Below, piece by piece: positions 7,785-17,180 of a stretch of 44,878 nt of DNA. A program made the position numbers and the translations under genes. The notes beneath the pieces were generated by a model that saw only the letters and a list, made by a program, of their open reading frames with translations, made no database searches and was not told where the DNA came from. Position 1 is the first letter of the stretch; each line of letters opens with the position of its first letter. This stretch comes from an uncultured Gammaproteobacteria bacterium (lineage in GTDB: Bacteria; Patescibacteriota; Microgenomatia; UBA12405), in assembly GCA_964637525.1 (NCBI GenBank), contig CAZWUG010000001.1, positions 1-44,878 on the forward strand, written 5' to 3'.

Positions 7785-8999
7785 ATGAAAAATAATTTTC
7801 CCCTTTTCCAAAATCATCCTACTTTAGTCTATCTTGATAGCGCTGCCACCAGTCTTAAACCCGCCTCTGTTATTTTGTCAGAGATGGCATATTACACCCA
7901 ATATTCGGCTAATATTCATCGCGGTCTTTATCAAATTTCCCAAACTGCTTCCGAAAAATTTGACCAATCTCGTCAAATTATCGCTGATTTTATCCATAGT
8001 CATCCCGAAGAAATTATTTTTACCTCCGGTACTACTGCTTCCATTAATTTAGTCGCTCAAACTTGGGGTTATCAAAATATAAAATCGGGTGATGAAATTG
8101 TTATTACTCAAATGGAACACCACTCCAATTTAGTTCCTTGGCAGCAACTTGCTTTAGTCAAAAAAGCCAAATTAAAATATCTTCCGGTTACTCCAACTTT
8201 TTTGCTAGATCTAAAATCATTACCTCGGATTATTACCTCGAAAACTAAAATCGTTTGTCTGACCCATGTCAGTAATGTTTTGGGTACTATCAATCCGGTC
8301 AAAAAAATAGTTCAGATTATTAAAAAGATCAATCCCCAAACTTTGGTTTTAGTCGATGGTGCTCAAGCCGTAGCTCATTTTCCTGTCGATGTCACTTCAT
8401 TAGGTGTTGATTTTTATGCTTTTTCCGGCCATAAACTTTATGGCCCCACTGGCATCGGCATTCTTTATGTTAATCAAAAAATTTATTCTTCCATGTCGCC
8501 AACTACTTTTGGCGGGGGAGCCATCAAAGAAGTTTTTTGGCACAAAACTATTTTGGATAATCCGCCTTTTTGTTATGAAACCGGTACTCCACCCGTTGCT
8601 CAAGCCATTGCTTTATCTCAATCCATCAAGTTTATTAAAAAACTTGGCTGGGACACCATCACCCATCACGAAAAAACTCTAACCTCATATTTACTTAAAA
8701 AACTCTCGGCCATCTCGGCAATCAAAATTCTCGGTCCGGCTGATTCCGACCATCGTTTAGGGGTTATTTCTTTTGCTTTTAATGACCCCCAACTCCCCGC
8801 TTCTCACGATATTGGCGATATTTTATCGCAAAAATTTAACCTCGCTGTCCGCACTGGTTTTCATTGTGCCATGCCGCTTCACCATCTTTTTGGTTTTGAT
8901 ACTGGCACTACCCGTGTTAGCCTTGGAATTTATAATTCCCAAAAAGATATTGATAAACTAATCCAAGGTCTCACTTACGCTATTAAAATTTTTTCTTAA
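7785..8999 (+). CDS. sufS: Cysteine desulfurase SufS (class II aminotransferase V)
   Basis: 404 aa with YLDSAATS, the PLP-lysine context FSGHKLYGPTGIG and the catalytic Cys context RTGFHCAMP. Confidence 0.95.
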   Translation: MKNNFPLFQNHPTLVYLDSAATSLKPASVILSEMAYYTQYSANIHRGLYQISQTASEKFDQSRQIIADFIHSHPEEIIFTSGTTASINLVAQTWGYQNIKSGDEIVITQMEHHSNLVPWQQLALVKKAKLKYLPVTPTFLLDLKSLPRIITSKTKIVCLTHVSNVLGTINPVKKIVQIIKKINPQTLVLVDGAQAVAHFPVDVTSLGVDFYAFSGHKLYGPTGIGILYVNQKIYSSMSPTTFGGGAIKEVFWHKTILDNPPFCYETGTPPVAQAIALSQSIKFIKKLGWDTITHHEKTLTSYLLKKLSAISAIKILGPADSDHRLGVISFAFNDPQLPASHDIGDILSQKFNLAVRTGFHCAMPLHHLFGFDTGTTRVSLGIYNSQKDIDKLIQGLTYAIKIFS

Positions 9000-9004
9000 A
9001 TATT

Positions 9005-9376
9005 ATGGACGATTTGTACAAAGATATCATTCTTGATCGTTACAAAGATCCTCACAATTTAGGTGTTATTAAAGACGGTATTCAGGTCGAAGAGGTTAAC
9101 GCTCTTTGTGGTGATAAAATCAAAATCTGGCTCGAAGTCAAAAATGGAATTATTACTGACGCTAAGTTTGAAGGTAGTGGTTGTGCTATTTCTCTAGCTG
9201 CCACTGATATTCTTATCGACATGATCAAAGACAAAAAAATAATTGATGTCCAACAAATGAGTGGTGCCGAAATCGAAAAAGAAATGGGTATTGAACTCAG
9301 CAGTGTTCGCAAACGTTGCGCTTATATTGGCTTAGAAGCCATCAAAAAAATTAAAGATTCTTTAGCTAATTTATGA
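9005..9376 (+). CDS. sufU: SufU/IscU-like Fe-S sulfur-transfer/scaffold protein
   Basis: 123 aa with the NifU N-terminal type conserved Cys contexts (NALCGD, GSGCAIS, RKRCAYIG). Confidence 0.9.
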   Translation: MDDLYKDIILDRYKDPHNLGVIKDGIQVEEVNALCGDKIKIWLEVKNGIITDAKFEGSGCAISLAATDILIDMIKDKKIIDVQQMSGAEIEKEMGIELSSVRKRCAYIGLEAIKKIKDSLANL

Positions 9377-9762
9377 TCACTATTCCCAAAAAAGTCGAGT
9401 ACAGCATTGTCTTTATCTCTTATTTAGCCAAAAGTCCCAATACTACCGTTTCTCTTAAAACCGCCGCCAAAAAATTATTTTTACCTTACAGTTTTTTATC
9501 CAAATTAGCGACTTCACTGGTTAATGGGGGATTGATCATTTCTCAAGAGGGCAAGAGTGGTGGTTATAAATTAGCCGCCTCTTGGTCTCAAAAAAGCTTT
9601 TACGATTTACTGGTAATTTTAGGTGAAAACAAAGCCATGGTTAATTGTCTTGGTTCCAAATCTTGTGCTCGGGCTGGCAAATGTTCCATTCAAAATATTT
9701 GGCAAAAAATTGAAACCGGTTGGCAACAACAACTCAAAAAAATTAAGCTCAGTCAAATCTAA
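9373..9762 (+). CDS. Rrf2-family (IscR-like) transcriptional regulator with a C-x5-C-x5-C cluster-ligand motif
   Basis: 129 aa. It has an N-terminal winged helix (KVEYSIVFISYLA...SGGYKLA) and CLGSKSCARAGKC. It has an ATGA overlap with sufU and is the last gene of the suf operon. Confidence 0.8.
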   Translation: MITIPKKVEYSIVFISYLAKSPNTTVSLKTAAKKLFLPYSFLSKLATSLVNGGLIISQEGKSGGYKLAASWSQKSFYDLLVILGENKAMVNCLGSKSCARAGKCSIQNIWQKIETGWQQQLKKIKLSQI

Positions 9763-10764
9763 TCAATAATCTAATTTTTCCATTTCTTTTGCCGCTGTTA
9801 AATACGACAACACTGATTCAGCCCCCTGATTTTTGTTGGCTCCTTCTTCTTCTAATCCATCATATACTCCGCCAGTTATTTCATCAACCATTTTTATTCC
9901 CAATATATTTTTCCCGGTAAACCATTCAAACGCTTTTTCTGCCAAATCTTTAAATTTTTTATTTTTGGTTATCTCATAAGCTAGTACATACACTTCCACC
10001 ATCGATCCAGCCTCAACTGGTTGTTGACCAAATACTGATCTAATCCCGCCTTTTGTAAACCAACCGTTATTCCCCGGAAAAGAAAAACAGTCATTATTTT
10101 TATTAAAAATTAATTTTGTTAAAAAATTTAGGGATTCAATTGCCACATTAAAATATCTTTCTTTTTTTGTTTTTTGATAAGCCACTAACATTGCCATTGG
10201 TAATCTTCCGTTATCATAAGATATTTCCGGATCAAACCACTTCCATTTATTGTCTGTTTCTTGATTGTATTTGTTAACCAATTTTTCTGCCAAAAAAACA
10301 ATTTCACCGGTGTGATAATATTGTAATCCCAAAATTGTTTGAACCAGCGCTCTTGTATGCAAAGTCGGGCTATTCTTTACATACAAATATATTCGATCAA
10401 ACATATATTTTGCTTCGTTGGAAAACTCATCTTTATTATTAATTATTTCCCCTAATGCCGCCAAAGCTCGACCACAATGTTCTCCTCCAATCTCAAAATT
10501 CTCTTTCCATGTTAAATCTTTATTTAAATCATCGTAAAAACCATTATCTTTCAAAGCTGATTTCAAAAAATCAAAATAAATTTTTTTAACTTTTTTTAAT
10601 TTTGGGTTTTTATATCTTAAGCAAAGTTGCAGCCCTCTGGCATTATCATCCACACACCAGCCTTCATCATAATTTGGTTGATCAAACCTACAATGTTCAA
10701 CCAAACCGACCTTATCTGTAATTTTTATTAAATAATCAATTTGTTTTTCGGTTTTTAATCTCAT
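9763..10764 (-). CDS. Putative (alpha/alpha)6 six-hairpin glycosidase-like protein, third gene of the GH130-GT4 operon
   Basis: 333 aa. The periodic helical pattern and motifs such as WCVDDNARGL, YDNGRLPMAML and NQGAESVLSYL are reminiscent of six-hairpin glycosidases. The assignment is tentative. It overlaps the upstream GT4 gene by 29 nt. Confidence 0.4.
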   Translation of the reverse strand: MRLKTEKQIDYLIKITDKVGLVEHCRFDQPNYDEGWCVDDNARGLQLCLRYKNPKLKKVKKIYFDFLKSALKDNGFYDDLNKDLTWKENFEIGGEHCGRALAALGEIINNKDEFSNEAKYMFDRIYLYVKNSPTLHTRALVQTILGLQYYHTGEIVFLAEKLVNKYNQETDNKWKWFDPEISYDNGRLPMAMLVAYQKTKKERYFNVAIESLNFLTKLIFNKNNDCFSFPGNNGWFTKGGIRSVFGQQPVEAGSMVEVYVLAYEITKNKKFKDLAEKAFEWFTGKNILGIKMVDEITGGVYDGLEEEGANKNQGAESVLSYLTAAKEMEKLDY

Positions 10765-11911
10765 GCTTTTTAATAATTTCAGTGAAAAAATCCAAATGTT
10801 GTAAAGCTACACTCGGCCAGGTCATAAACCGTCCAAATTTATAAGCTTTTTCTTGCATAGTTTTTTTTCTTTTTTCATCTCCCCAAATATTTATTACTGC
10901 TTTAGCAATCGAGTTGGAATCTCTAAATGGTACAAAAATTCCTCTCTCGTTAGCCAAGACTTCTTTTGCATAAAGATATTCAGTCGAAATACATATTTTA
11001 CCCGATCCTACCGCATAGGCCAGTGCTCCAGATGATGATTGTTGTCCATCTAGATATGGAGTTATATATATATCAATCGCTTTTAACCACTCTACTAATT
11101 TTTCAACTGACAAATATTTGTTTATAAACTTAATATTTTTTTCAATACCCAATTTCTTAATTTTTTTCTTAAGTTTATTCCGATATTTTTCTCCTTCATT
11201 TTTTAAAATATTCGGATGAGTCTGACCAATTACCAAATACAAAACCTCTGGGTATTTTTTAGCTATTTTAGCCACTGCTTCAATTGAATAATCAATTCCT
11301 TTTTGTTCAGACAATAAATTAATATTTCCCAATACTAATCTGCCTTCAAGTTTTTTCTTATAGATACTAGTCGAGTTATAAGCAATATCTGGAGTACCAT
11401 GGGGGATTACGGCAATATTTCTTTGATCAAAATTATATAGTCCAACTAATCTTCTGGCACTAAACTTTGTCATCACAGTCAAACCATCAACATATTTCAC
11501 TAGTTGAGTAAAAAGTTTTCCCCATTCGTTGTTTGGATCTTCTATTAAAGTATGGCAAGTCATTACTTTAGGTTTTTCCACTGCTTTCAAAAAATCAAGT
11601 ACATATTCACCGCATTTACCCCCAAATATTCCAAATTCATGTTCCACTAAAACTACATCACAGCTTGAGTGGTTAATATAATCAGCCGCCTCTAAATATG
11701 ATGCCTTATTATCAAATTCAATCCTATATTTAACTTCCCAAGGAAAAACAATTTCTTCTTCTTTCTTGGTGATTACCATGATTTCAGCCAATGCTTTTGG
11801 ATTAATTAGGTTTATTGCACTCGTCACGTCTTTAGTAAAAGTGGCGATGCCGCACTTTTGAGGAATATATGTTGATACGCAAATTATTTTAATCGGTTTT
11901 CTTTTTTTCAT
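10736..11911 (-). CDS. Glycosyltransferase family 4 (GT-B, group 1)
   Basis: 391 aa. N-terminal STYIPQKCGIATFT and a C-terminal GT1 core (YLVIGQTHPN...ITPYLDGQQSSSGALAYAVGSGKICISTEYLYAKE). It overlaps the upstream GH130 gene by 23 nt. Confidence 0.85.
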   Translation of the reverse strand: MKKRKPIKIICVSTYIPQKCGIATFTKDVTSAINLINPKALAEIMVITKKEEEIVFPWEVKYRIEFDNKASYLEAADYINHSSCDVVLVEHEFGIFGGKCGEYVLDFLKAVEKPKVMTCHTLIEDPNNEWGKLFTQLVKYVDGLTVMTKFSARRLVGLYNFDQRNIAVIPHGTPDIAYNSTSIYKKKLEGRLVLGNINLLSEQKGIDYSIEAVAKIAKKYPEVLYLVIGQTHPNILKNEGEKYRNKLKKKIKKLGIEKNIKFINKYLSVEKLVEWLKAIDIYITPYLDGQQSSSGALAYAVGSGKICISTEYLYAKEVLANERGIFVPFRDSNSIAKAVINIWGDEKRKKTMQEKAYKFGRFMTWPSVALQHLDFFTEIIKKHEIKNRKTN

Positions 11912-12920
11912 TTAGTAACTCCTTTAACAAATCTGAAACACCAACAGTTCTTACTCCAATTCTTAAATCGGCTGCACCATAGTAAATAAATAATTCATCA
12001 TTTTTTACATATGTTCCAGTCGGAAACACTACATTATTAACTGTCCCCTCAATCTCCCATTTTTCACTAGGTGAAAACAAAGGATATGATAATCTCCCAA
12101 TTATTTTTTGTGGATTATCTAAATCCAATAATGCCACGGATGCATGATACGTTCTAACTCCATTATTTAAATCAACCGAATGAAAGATCAATAGCCAACC
12201 TTTGTCTGTTTCTATTGGTACCGCTCCACCGCCGATATAATCACTTTCAAATTCATATTTTGGATCAAGTATTAAATAACTTTTAAGGTCTTTTAAATAA
12301 TTTCTCCAGAATTCTTGATTTAACTGATCAAAATTATCAAAATAGCAAACTTGAATTCCTGGTAAAACTCGGTGAATTAAAGCATATTTTCCTTTTATTT
12401 TCTTTGGAAAAAGCATCGCATCTTTCTCCCATAATTTTACCTTATCTCCCCAATCTTGCTTAAACTTTTTTTCGTAATAAGTGTATTCTTCACCTACGTT
12501 AGATTGCTTAAAAATATCCTCTGCTTCATCATAAGTCATTTGAGGGCTAATCAACCCTTTCTTATCCCATTTTTTTAAATCATTGCTTACTGCATAAGCC
12601 ACTACCGCATTTTTACCATCATAAGCCGTATACAACATGTAATATTTTCCTTCTAAAAAAGTTATTCTCGGATCCTCCAGCCCATGACTTTCATATCTAT
12701 AGTCTGGCACTAATATTGGCTTATCAGATCTGTAAATCACCTCATTATTTTTAATTTGACAATAGCCTATTGTTGAGTAATTACCTTTTTTAACAGCTCG
12801 ATAAAACATATGGACAATACCGTCTTTTTCAATACACCCTGGATTAAGCACTCCTTCATTTTCAAATTCTAGGCTTGTTCTGCTCTCTAAAACTATTTTT
12901 CCTTTAGTTATTTTTATCAT
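11889..12920 (-). CDS. GH130-family glycosidase/beta-mannoside phosphorylase-like protein (DUF377)
   Basis: 343 aa. FENEGVLNPGCIEKDG..HMFYRA, GLEDPRITFLEGKYYMLYTAYDG, and IYYGAAD near the C-terminus are typical GH130 beta-propeller blocks. Confidence 0.8.
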   Translation of the reverse strand: MIKITKGKIVLESRTSLEFENEGVLNPGCIEKDGIVHMFYRAVKKGNYSTIGYCQIKNNEVIYRSDKPILVPDYRYESHGLEDPRITFLEGKYYMLYTAYDGKNAVVAYAVSNDLKKWDKKGLISPQMTYDEAEDIFKQSNVGEEYTYYEKKFKQDWGDKVKLWEKDAMLFPKKIKGKYALIHRVLPGIQVCYFDNFDQLNQEFWRNYLKDLKSYLILDPKYEFESDYIGGGAVPIETDKGWLLIFHSVDLNNGVRTYHASVALLDLDNPQKIIGRLSYPLFSPSEKWEIEGTVNNVVFPTGTYVKNDELFIYYGAADLRIGVRTVGVSDLLKELLNEKKKTD

Positions 12921-12932
12921 AAAACAAAATTG

Positions 12933-12938
12933 ATTATA
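12933..12938 (-). promoter_or_regulatory. Putative -10 box (TATAAT), 12 nt upstream of ATG 12920
   Basis: The minus strand reads gaTATAATcaattttgttttATG. Confidence 0.35.
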
Positions 12939-13072
12939 TCCTATTTTTAGGGCATTTACAAAAACATAACTTCAACCTATGTTTAGTCTGTTTGTAGTTT
13001 ATCCTTAATTTTCATAAAATCTATTGTATTATTCGTATATAGTTCCCTTATGTTAAAATTAACATTCAATTT

Positions 13073-13873
13073 ATGAAACCAGCCAAAACAGACACCAACT
13101 TAAACAAGATCCATGTTCCCGCTAATGGAAATTCCATGCTTCAAAAAGCCATGGATAATATCAATAACGATCAGGAGATTAATACTCTTTGGAAGGTTAT
13201 CAATGTTAATGCCGTCGATCGTCTTGGCATGAGTGACCATGGTCCAACTCATTTCCAAATAGTTTCCAATATTTCAGTCAAATTTGTCAGAATGTTAATC
13301 GACTCTGGTGTCGAAATGTCTGTCACCAAAAATTACAAATTATCTTCAGAATATGCTGAATTAATTGTTTTTTTAGCCAGTGTTTTTCATGATCTTGGCA
13401 TGACTATTAGTCGTAAATGGCACGAAACTTACAGTCTCTTTTTAGCCAACAATCTTCTTCACCAAGTAGTTAATTTCCTTCCCGTTGATGAAAAAACTAT
13501 CGTCACCTCAGAAGTTTTGCACGCCATTATTAGTCACCGGAGTGATGGTAAACCTCTCACCTTAGAAGCCGGTATCGTCCGCGTAGCCGATGCTCTTGAT
13601 ATGAGTGAGGGTCGTTCTCGTATTGTCTATCAACTGGAAAAACTTGATATTTATTCTGTTTCTGCCGCCGCTATTGACAAAGTAAATATTAACAAAGGCA
13701 CCGATAAGCCAATCCAAATTGACATTATCATGAACAATTCTGCTGGCATATTTCAGCTTGATGAATTATTAAAAAAGAAGATCATCGGTTCCAGTATCGA
13801 AGAGTATATTAACGTCCACGCTTATATCAACCAAAAAACTGAAAAAGGTCTAATCAAAGAGTATTTTCTGTAA
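13073..13873 (+). CDS. HD-domain metal-dependent phosphohydrolase
   Basis: 266 aa with HGPTHFQIV, VFHDLGM (HD dyad), HAIISH and RVADALD. Confidence 0.75.
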   Translation: MKPAKTDTNLNKIHVPANGNSMLQKAMDNINNDQEINTLWKVINVNAVDRLGMSDHGPTHFQIVSNISVKFVRMLIDSGVEMSVTKNYKLSSEYAELIVFLASVFHDLGMTISRKWHETYSLFLANNLLHQVVNFLPVDEKTIVTSEVLHAIISHRSDGKPLTLEAGIVRVADALDMSEGRSRIVYQLEKLDIYSVSAAAIDKVNINKGTDKPIQIDIIMNNSAGIFQLDELLKKKIIGSSIEEYINVHAYINQKTEKGLIKEYFL

Positions 13874-13900
13874 AAATTACCACCTACCAAAGCAGTAGTT

Positions 13901-13906
13901 TATAAT
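13901..13906 (+). promoter_or_regulatory. Putative -10 box (TATAAT), 6 nt upstream of ATG 13913; leaderless-type
   Basis: tagttTATAATggttatATG. Confidence 0.45.
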
Positions 13907-13912
13907 GGTTAT

Positions 13913-15118
13913 ATGTACCTGCTTTATATTTCTAAAAATACCATTGAAGTCTTCAAAAAATACCAAAAAGTAGGCGAAGTCACTTGGACCCCGGAAACCC
14001 TTACCAAAAATTTAACCCAAATCAAATCGACTTTTTCTTCCAAATTCCGGGTTATTTTATCAGACGAGTTTATTTCTATTTATAGTCTTCTAATTTCTTC
14101 CAAAGAATCAAAAAAAAGAGCTCAAATCCAATCAAAATTCCAGCCTTTAATTACTCAAGCTTTAGCCACTACAGTTTGGGATTACAAAATTGTCGGTCGT
14201 TACCATCATCAAAATCTTATTCAATTAGTTTATATTTCTCCGATTTTTTTTGATCTTTTCCGTAATGCAATTAGTCTGGCCAAAATTAAAATTAATCTTT
14301 TAGAAAGTTTTTCTACCACCATTTGTCGTTTTCTCCCTGACAACAAATTAATTTTCATTAACTACCAGGATTTAGTAGTTTTATCTTTTAACAAAACTCC
14401 AATTTATTCTCGTGTTCTTACTAAAAAACTTTCTCAAGAAGATATCAACCAAGCCTTTGAATATACCAAACAACATTTTCAAATTCTCCCTCAACAAATT
14501 CTTTTCTCTCCTGTTGGCGATATTGCTTTTAACCAATTTGATTTTAACAATCTGCAGCCGGAATATACCAATGTTAACCCCCTCAAGGGCATAATCCATT
14601 CAGTCAATTCATCTGGTTCAGATGCTCAAACCTCTCGTCTGGAAATTCCCCATCAAACCAATCTTCAAACATCATCCAAACTATCAAAAATCATATTTTT
14701 TGTTTCATTCTTCTTTTTAATTGGTGTTTTTGTTTTTATTTTTACTCACCAAAATTCCACCATCTCTTCTCCGAAATCTTCGACCCCAACTATTTCAGTC
14801 AGTCCAACTATTGTCCCAACGCCAACTCCCAAGCCAAGTTCTGCTTTTAAAATCAAAGTTTTAAATGGCACCGGTACCGCTGGCCAGGCCGGTAAAATTA
14901 CCCAACTATTATTAACTAACGATTTAAAAGTTGATTCTACCGGTAATGCCTCTAATTATGATTTTACTCAAACCCAAGTTGAAGCCAAGCAATCAGTTCC
15001 GGAAAATATTATTGAGCTTGTCAAAAAATCTTTAGGTAGTAATTATTCTCCTAAAATTTTAGATTCTAATTTATCCGAATCTTCTGAATTCGACATAATT
15101 ATTACTACCGGAAAATAA
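13913..15118 (+). CDS. Bitopic membrane protein with an extracytoplasmic LytR_C domain; the cytoplasmic N-terminal ~255 aa is possibly PilM-like
   Basis: 401 aa with a TM helix (IIFFVSFFFLIGVFVFIF) and a PT linker. The C-terminal KIKVLNGTGTAGQAGKI...DIIITTGK matches LytR_C. The N-terminal assignment is weak. Confidence 0.6.
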   Translation: MYLLYISKNTIEVFKKYQKVGEVTWTPETLTKNLTQIKSTFSSKFRVILSDEFISIYSLLISSKESKKRAQIQSKFQPLITQALATTVWDYKIVGRYHHQNLIQLVYISPIFFDLFRNAISLAKIKINLLESFSTTICRFLPDNKLIFINYQDLVVLSFNKTPIYSRVLTKKLSQEDINQAFEYTKQHFQILPQQILFSPVGDIAFNQFDFNNLQPEYTNVNPLKGIIHSVNSSGSDAQTSRLEIPHQTNLQTSSKLSKIIFFVSFFFLIGVFVFIFTHQNSTISSPKSSTPTISVSPTIVPTPTPKPSSAFKIKVLNGTGTAGQAGKITQLLLTNDLKVDSTGNASNYDFTQTQVEAKQSVPENIIELVKKSLGSNYSPKILDSNLSESSEFDIIITTGK

Positions 15119-15123
15119 ATAAT

Positions 15124-15612
15124 ATGAAAATTGGTCAAGATGTTTTTGTTCAGCAGGGGATACTCGATTTCCACATCGATCAATTAATTCAATACAGTCT
15201 TACTGATCCTGAAATTAAAAAATACACTTCAGATCCAAAACGTTTCGCCTCCATAGAATCATTTTCCCAATGGCAGCGACAAGGTAGAATTATTTATACA
15301 TTAATCGACCGACAGCAAAATCTTTTAGGCATTATTTGGTTTGGCCAAAAAAACCCACCAATTGATCTTCCCGCTAATTTCACTTTTGCCATTAGAATTT
15401 ATGGCGATGCCCGTGGCCAAAGATTATCTCAAGAATTTATGAAAATTGCTTTTAATGATCTTCAAAAAAATCAAACAGAAACCCATATTACTGGTTTTTG
15501 GCTCGAAACTGACCAAAATAATTTACCCGCCATTCATAGTTACCAAAAATTTGGATTTAAATCCATATCTCAAATCGACGGTAAAAATATTATGCTGTTT
15601 TCTCAAAAATAG
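15124..15612 (+). CDS. GNAT-family N-acetyltransferase
   Basis: 162 aa with an acetyl-CoA pocket-like ARGQRLSQEFMK and a C-terminal YQKFGFK. Confidence 0.7.
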   Translation: MKIGQDVFVQQGILDFHIDQLIQYSLTDPEIKKYTSDPKRFASIESFSQWQRQGRIIYTLIDRQQNLLGIIWFGQKNPPIDLPANFTFAIRIYGDARGQRLSQEFMKIAFNDLQKNQTETHITGFWLETDQNNLPAIHSYQKFGFKSISQIDGKNIMLFSQK

Positions 15613-15614
15613 TG

Positions 15615-15620
15615 TAATAT
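15615..15620 (+). promoter_or_regulatory. Putative -10 box (TAATAT), 6 nt upstream of ATG 15627
   Basis: agtgTAATATttaattATG. Confidence 0.35.
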
Positions 15621-15626
15621 TTAATT

Positions 15627-16100
15627 ATGAAATCAAAAACGAAAACGAAATTTAATCTAGTCAAACTTCTTACTTGTATTTTAATTGTTCAAGGTGCTGG
15701 TATTATCGGTAGTTTTTTTACTGCTAGTTCAGTCAAAACTTGGTATCTCACTGATTTAGTCAAACCATCCTTCAATCCGCCATCTTGGATTTTTGCTCCG
15801 GTTTGGATATTTTTATTTCTTCTCATGGGTATTGCTCTTTATCTGGTTTGGAACAAAAAAAATAATCTTTTTTGGTTTTGGGTCCAGCTGTTTCTTAATC
15901 TTCTTTGGTCAATTTTGTTTTTTGGTCTTCATTCCCCACGTTTAGCTTTTTATGAAATTTTAGTTCTTTGGTTTACTATTTTAATAACCATAATTAAATT
16001 TCATCAATACCACAAAACTGCCTCGTACTTACTCTGGCCATATCTTGCCTGGGTTAGCTTTGCTTCTTTTCTCAATTATTCCATCATGATTTTAAACTGA
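15627..16100 (+). CDS. tspO: TspO/MBR tryptophan-rich sensory protein
   Basis: 157 aa with five hydrophobic helices. KPSFNPPSWIFAPVWIFLFLLMGIALYLVW and the Trp-rich content are typical of TspO. Confidence 0.85.
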   Translation: MKSKTKTKFNLVKLLTCILIVQGAGIIGSFFTASSVKTWYLTDLVKPSFNPPSWIFAPVWIFLFLLMGIALYLVWNKKNNLFWFWVQLFLNLLWSILFFGLHSPRLAFYEILVLWFTILITIIKFHQYHKTASYLLWPYLAWVSFASFLNYSIMILN

Positions 16101-16104
16101 CTTT

Positions 16105-16113
16105 TGGTAAAAT
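16105..16113 (+). promoter_or_regulatory. Putative extended -10 box (TGgTAAAAT), 6 nt upstream of ATG 16120
   Basis: ctttTGGTAAAATagccaaATG. Confidence 0.45.
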
Positions 16114-16119
16114 AGCCAA

Positions 16120-17163
16120 ATGTCCTTAAAAATCCAAGATTATCATTACAATTTACCCGAGTCTCTTATTGCCGACAAACCCTGTGATCAACGTGATCAT
16201 TGCCGTCTTTTAACTCTCAACAAAAACACTGGAGAAATTAATCATCTCCATTTTTACCATATTTTAGAATTACTTACTCCTAACGATGTTTTGGTTTTAA
16301 ATCAAAGTAAAGTTTTCCCCGCTCGTCTTTTTGGTAAAAAAGATAGTGGGGGAGATATCGAAGTTTTACTTATCCATCAAATTAAAGATGATATCTGGCT
16401 GGCTATTTCCAAGCCTCGTCCCCACACTGGCCAAAAAATAATTTTTGATCATAATTTAATTAGTCAGATTATCCAAAGTGACCCACAAACCGGCCAAATT
16501 CAAATTAAATTTAATTACAAAAATAATCAGTTTTTCCAAATTCTAGACAAAATTGGCCACACCCCAATTCCGCCTTATATCCATTCATCTCAAACTGAAC
16601 CACAAATTAGATCGGAATATCAAACTGTTTATGCCAAAGAAACTGGTTCGGCTGCCGCTCCCACCGCCGGACTCCACTTTACCAAAAAACTTTTATCTCA
16701 ACTCAAAACCAAAGGTATTCAAATCGAATATATTACCCTCCATGTTGGCCTTGGCACATTTCAGTCTCTTAGATCAGAAAATCTGCAAAAGAAGACACTT
16801 CATTCAGAATTTTATGAAATTAAGGCTGGCACAGCTAAACGCCTTAACCTAGCTAAAGCGCAAGGAAAGCGCATTATCGCTATTGGCACCACTTCTGTTC
16901 GAACTCTTGAATCAGCATCTGTTAAATCCAAAAATATTTATCAAATTATTCCTGGCAAGAATCACACCGAAATTTTTATTTATCCTCCATATAAATTTAA
17001 ATTTGTTGACACACTTATCACTAATTTTCACTTACCTGAATCTAGTCTTTTAATGTTGGTTTCCGCTTTTGCTGGTAAAAAAAATATTTTTACTGCCTAC
17101 CAACAAGCCATTGACCAAAAATATCGTTTTTTTAGTTTTGGTGATGCTATGTTTATCTATTAA
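16120..17163 (+). CDS. queA: S-adenosylmethionine:tRNA ribosyltransferase-isomerase QueA
   Basis: 347 aa with DYHYNLPESLIADKP..RDHCRLL, GHTPIPPYI, YQTVYAKETGSAAAPTAGLHFT and IGTTSVRTLES. Confidence 0.95.
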   Translation: MSLKIQDYHYNLPESLIADKPCDQRDHCRLLTLNKNTGEINHLHFYHILELLTPNDVLVLNQSKVFPARLFGKKDSGGDIEVLLIHQIKDDIWLAISKPRPHTGQKIIFDHNLISQIIQSDPQTGQIQIKFNYKNNQFFQILDKIGHTPIPPYIHSSQTEPQIRSEYQTVYAKETGSAAAPTAGLHFTKKLLSQLKTKGIQIEYITLHVGLGTFQSLRSENLQKKTLHSEFYEIKAGTAKRLNLAKAQGKRIIAIGTTSVRTLESASVKSKNIYQIIPGKNHTEIFIYPPYKFKFVDTLITNFHLPESSLLMLVSAFAGKKNIFTAYQQAIDQKYRFFSFGDAMFIY

Positions 17164-17165
17164 GG

Positions 17166-17171
17166 TATAAT
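17166..17171 (+). promoter_or_regulatory. Putative -10 box (TATAAT), 9 nt upstream of ATG 17181
   Basis: taaggTATAATcaacataatATG. Confidence 0.4.
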
Positions 17172-17180
17172 CAACATAAT

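Noticed and set aside
7834-8961. Five track ORFs inside or antisense to sufS (7834-8052, 8108-8302, 8400-8603, 8404-8682, 8773-8961)
   Set aside because: They lie entirely within a full-length SufS gene with all hallmark motifs. Their translations are low-complexity (Leu/Ile/Phe/Lys-rich), as expected from off-frame reading of AT-rich DNA.
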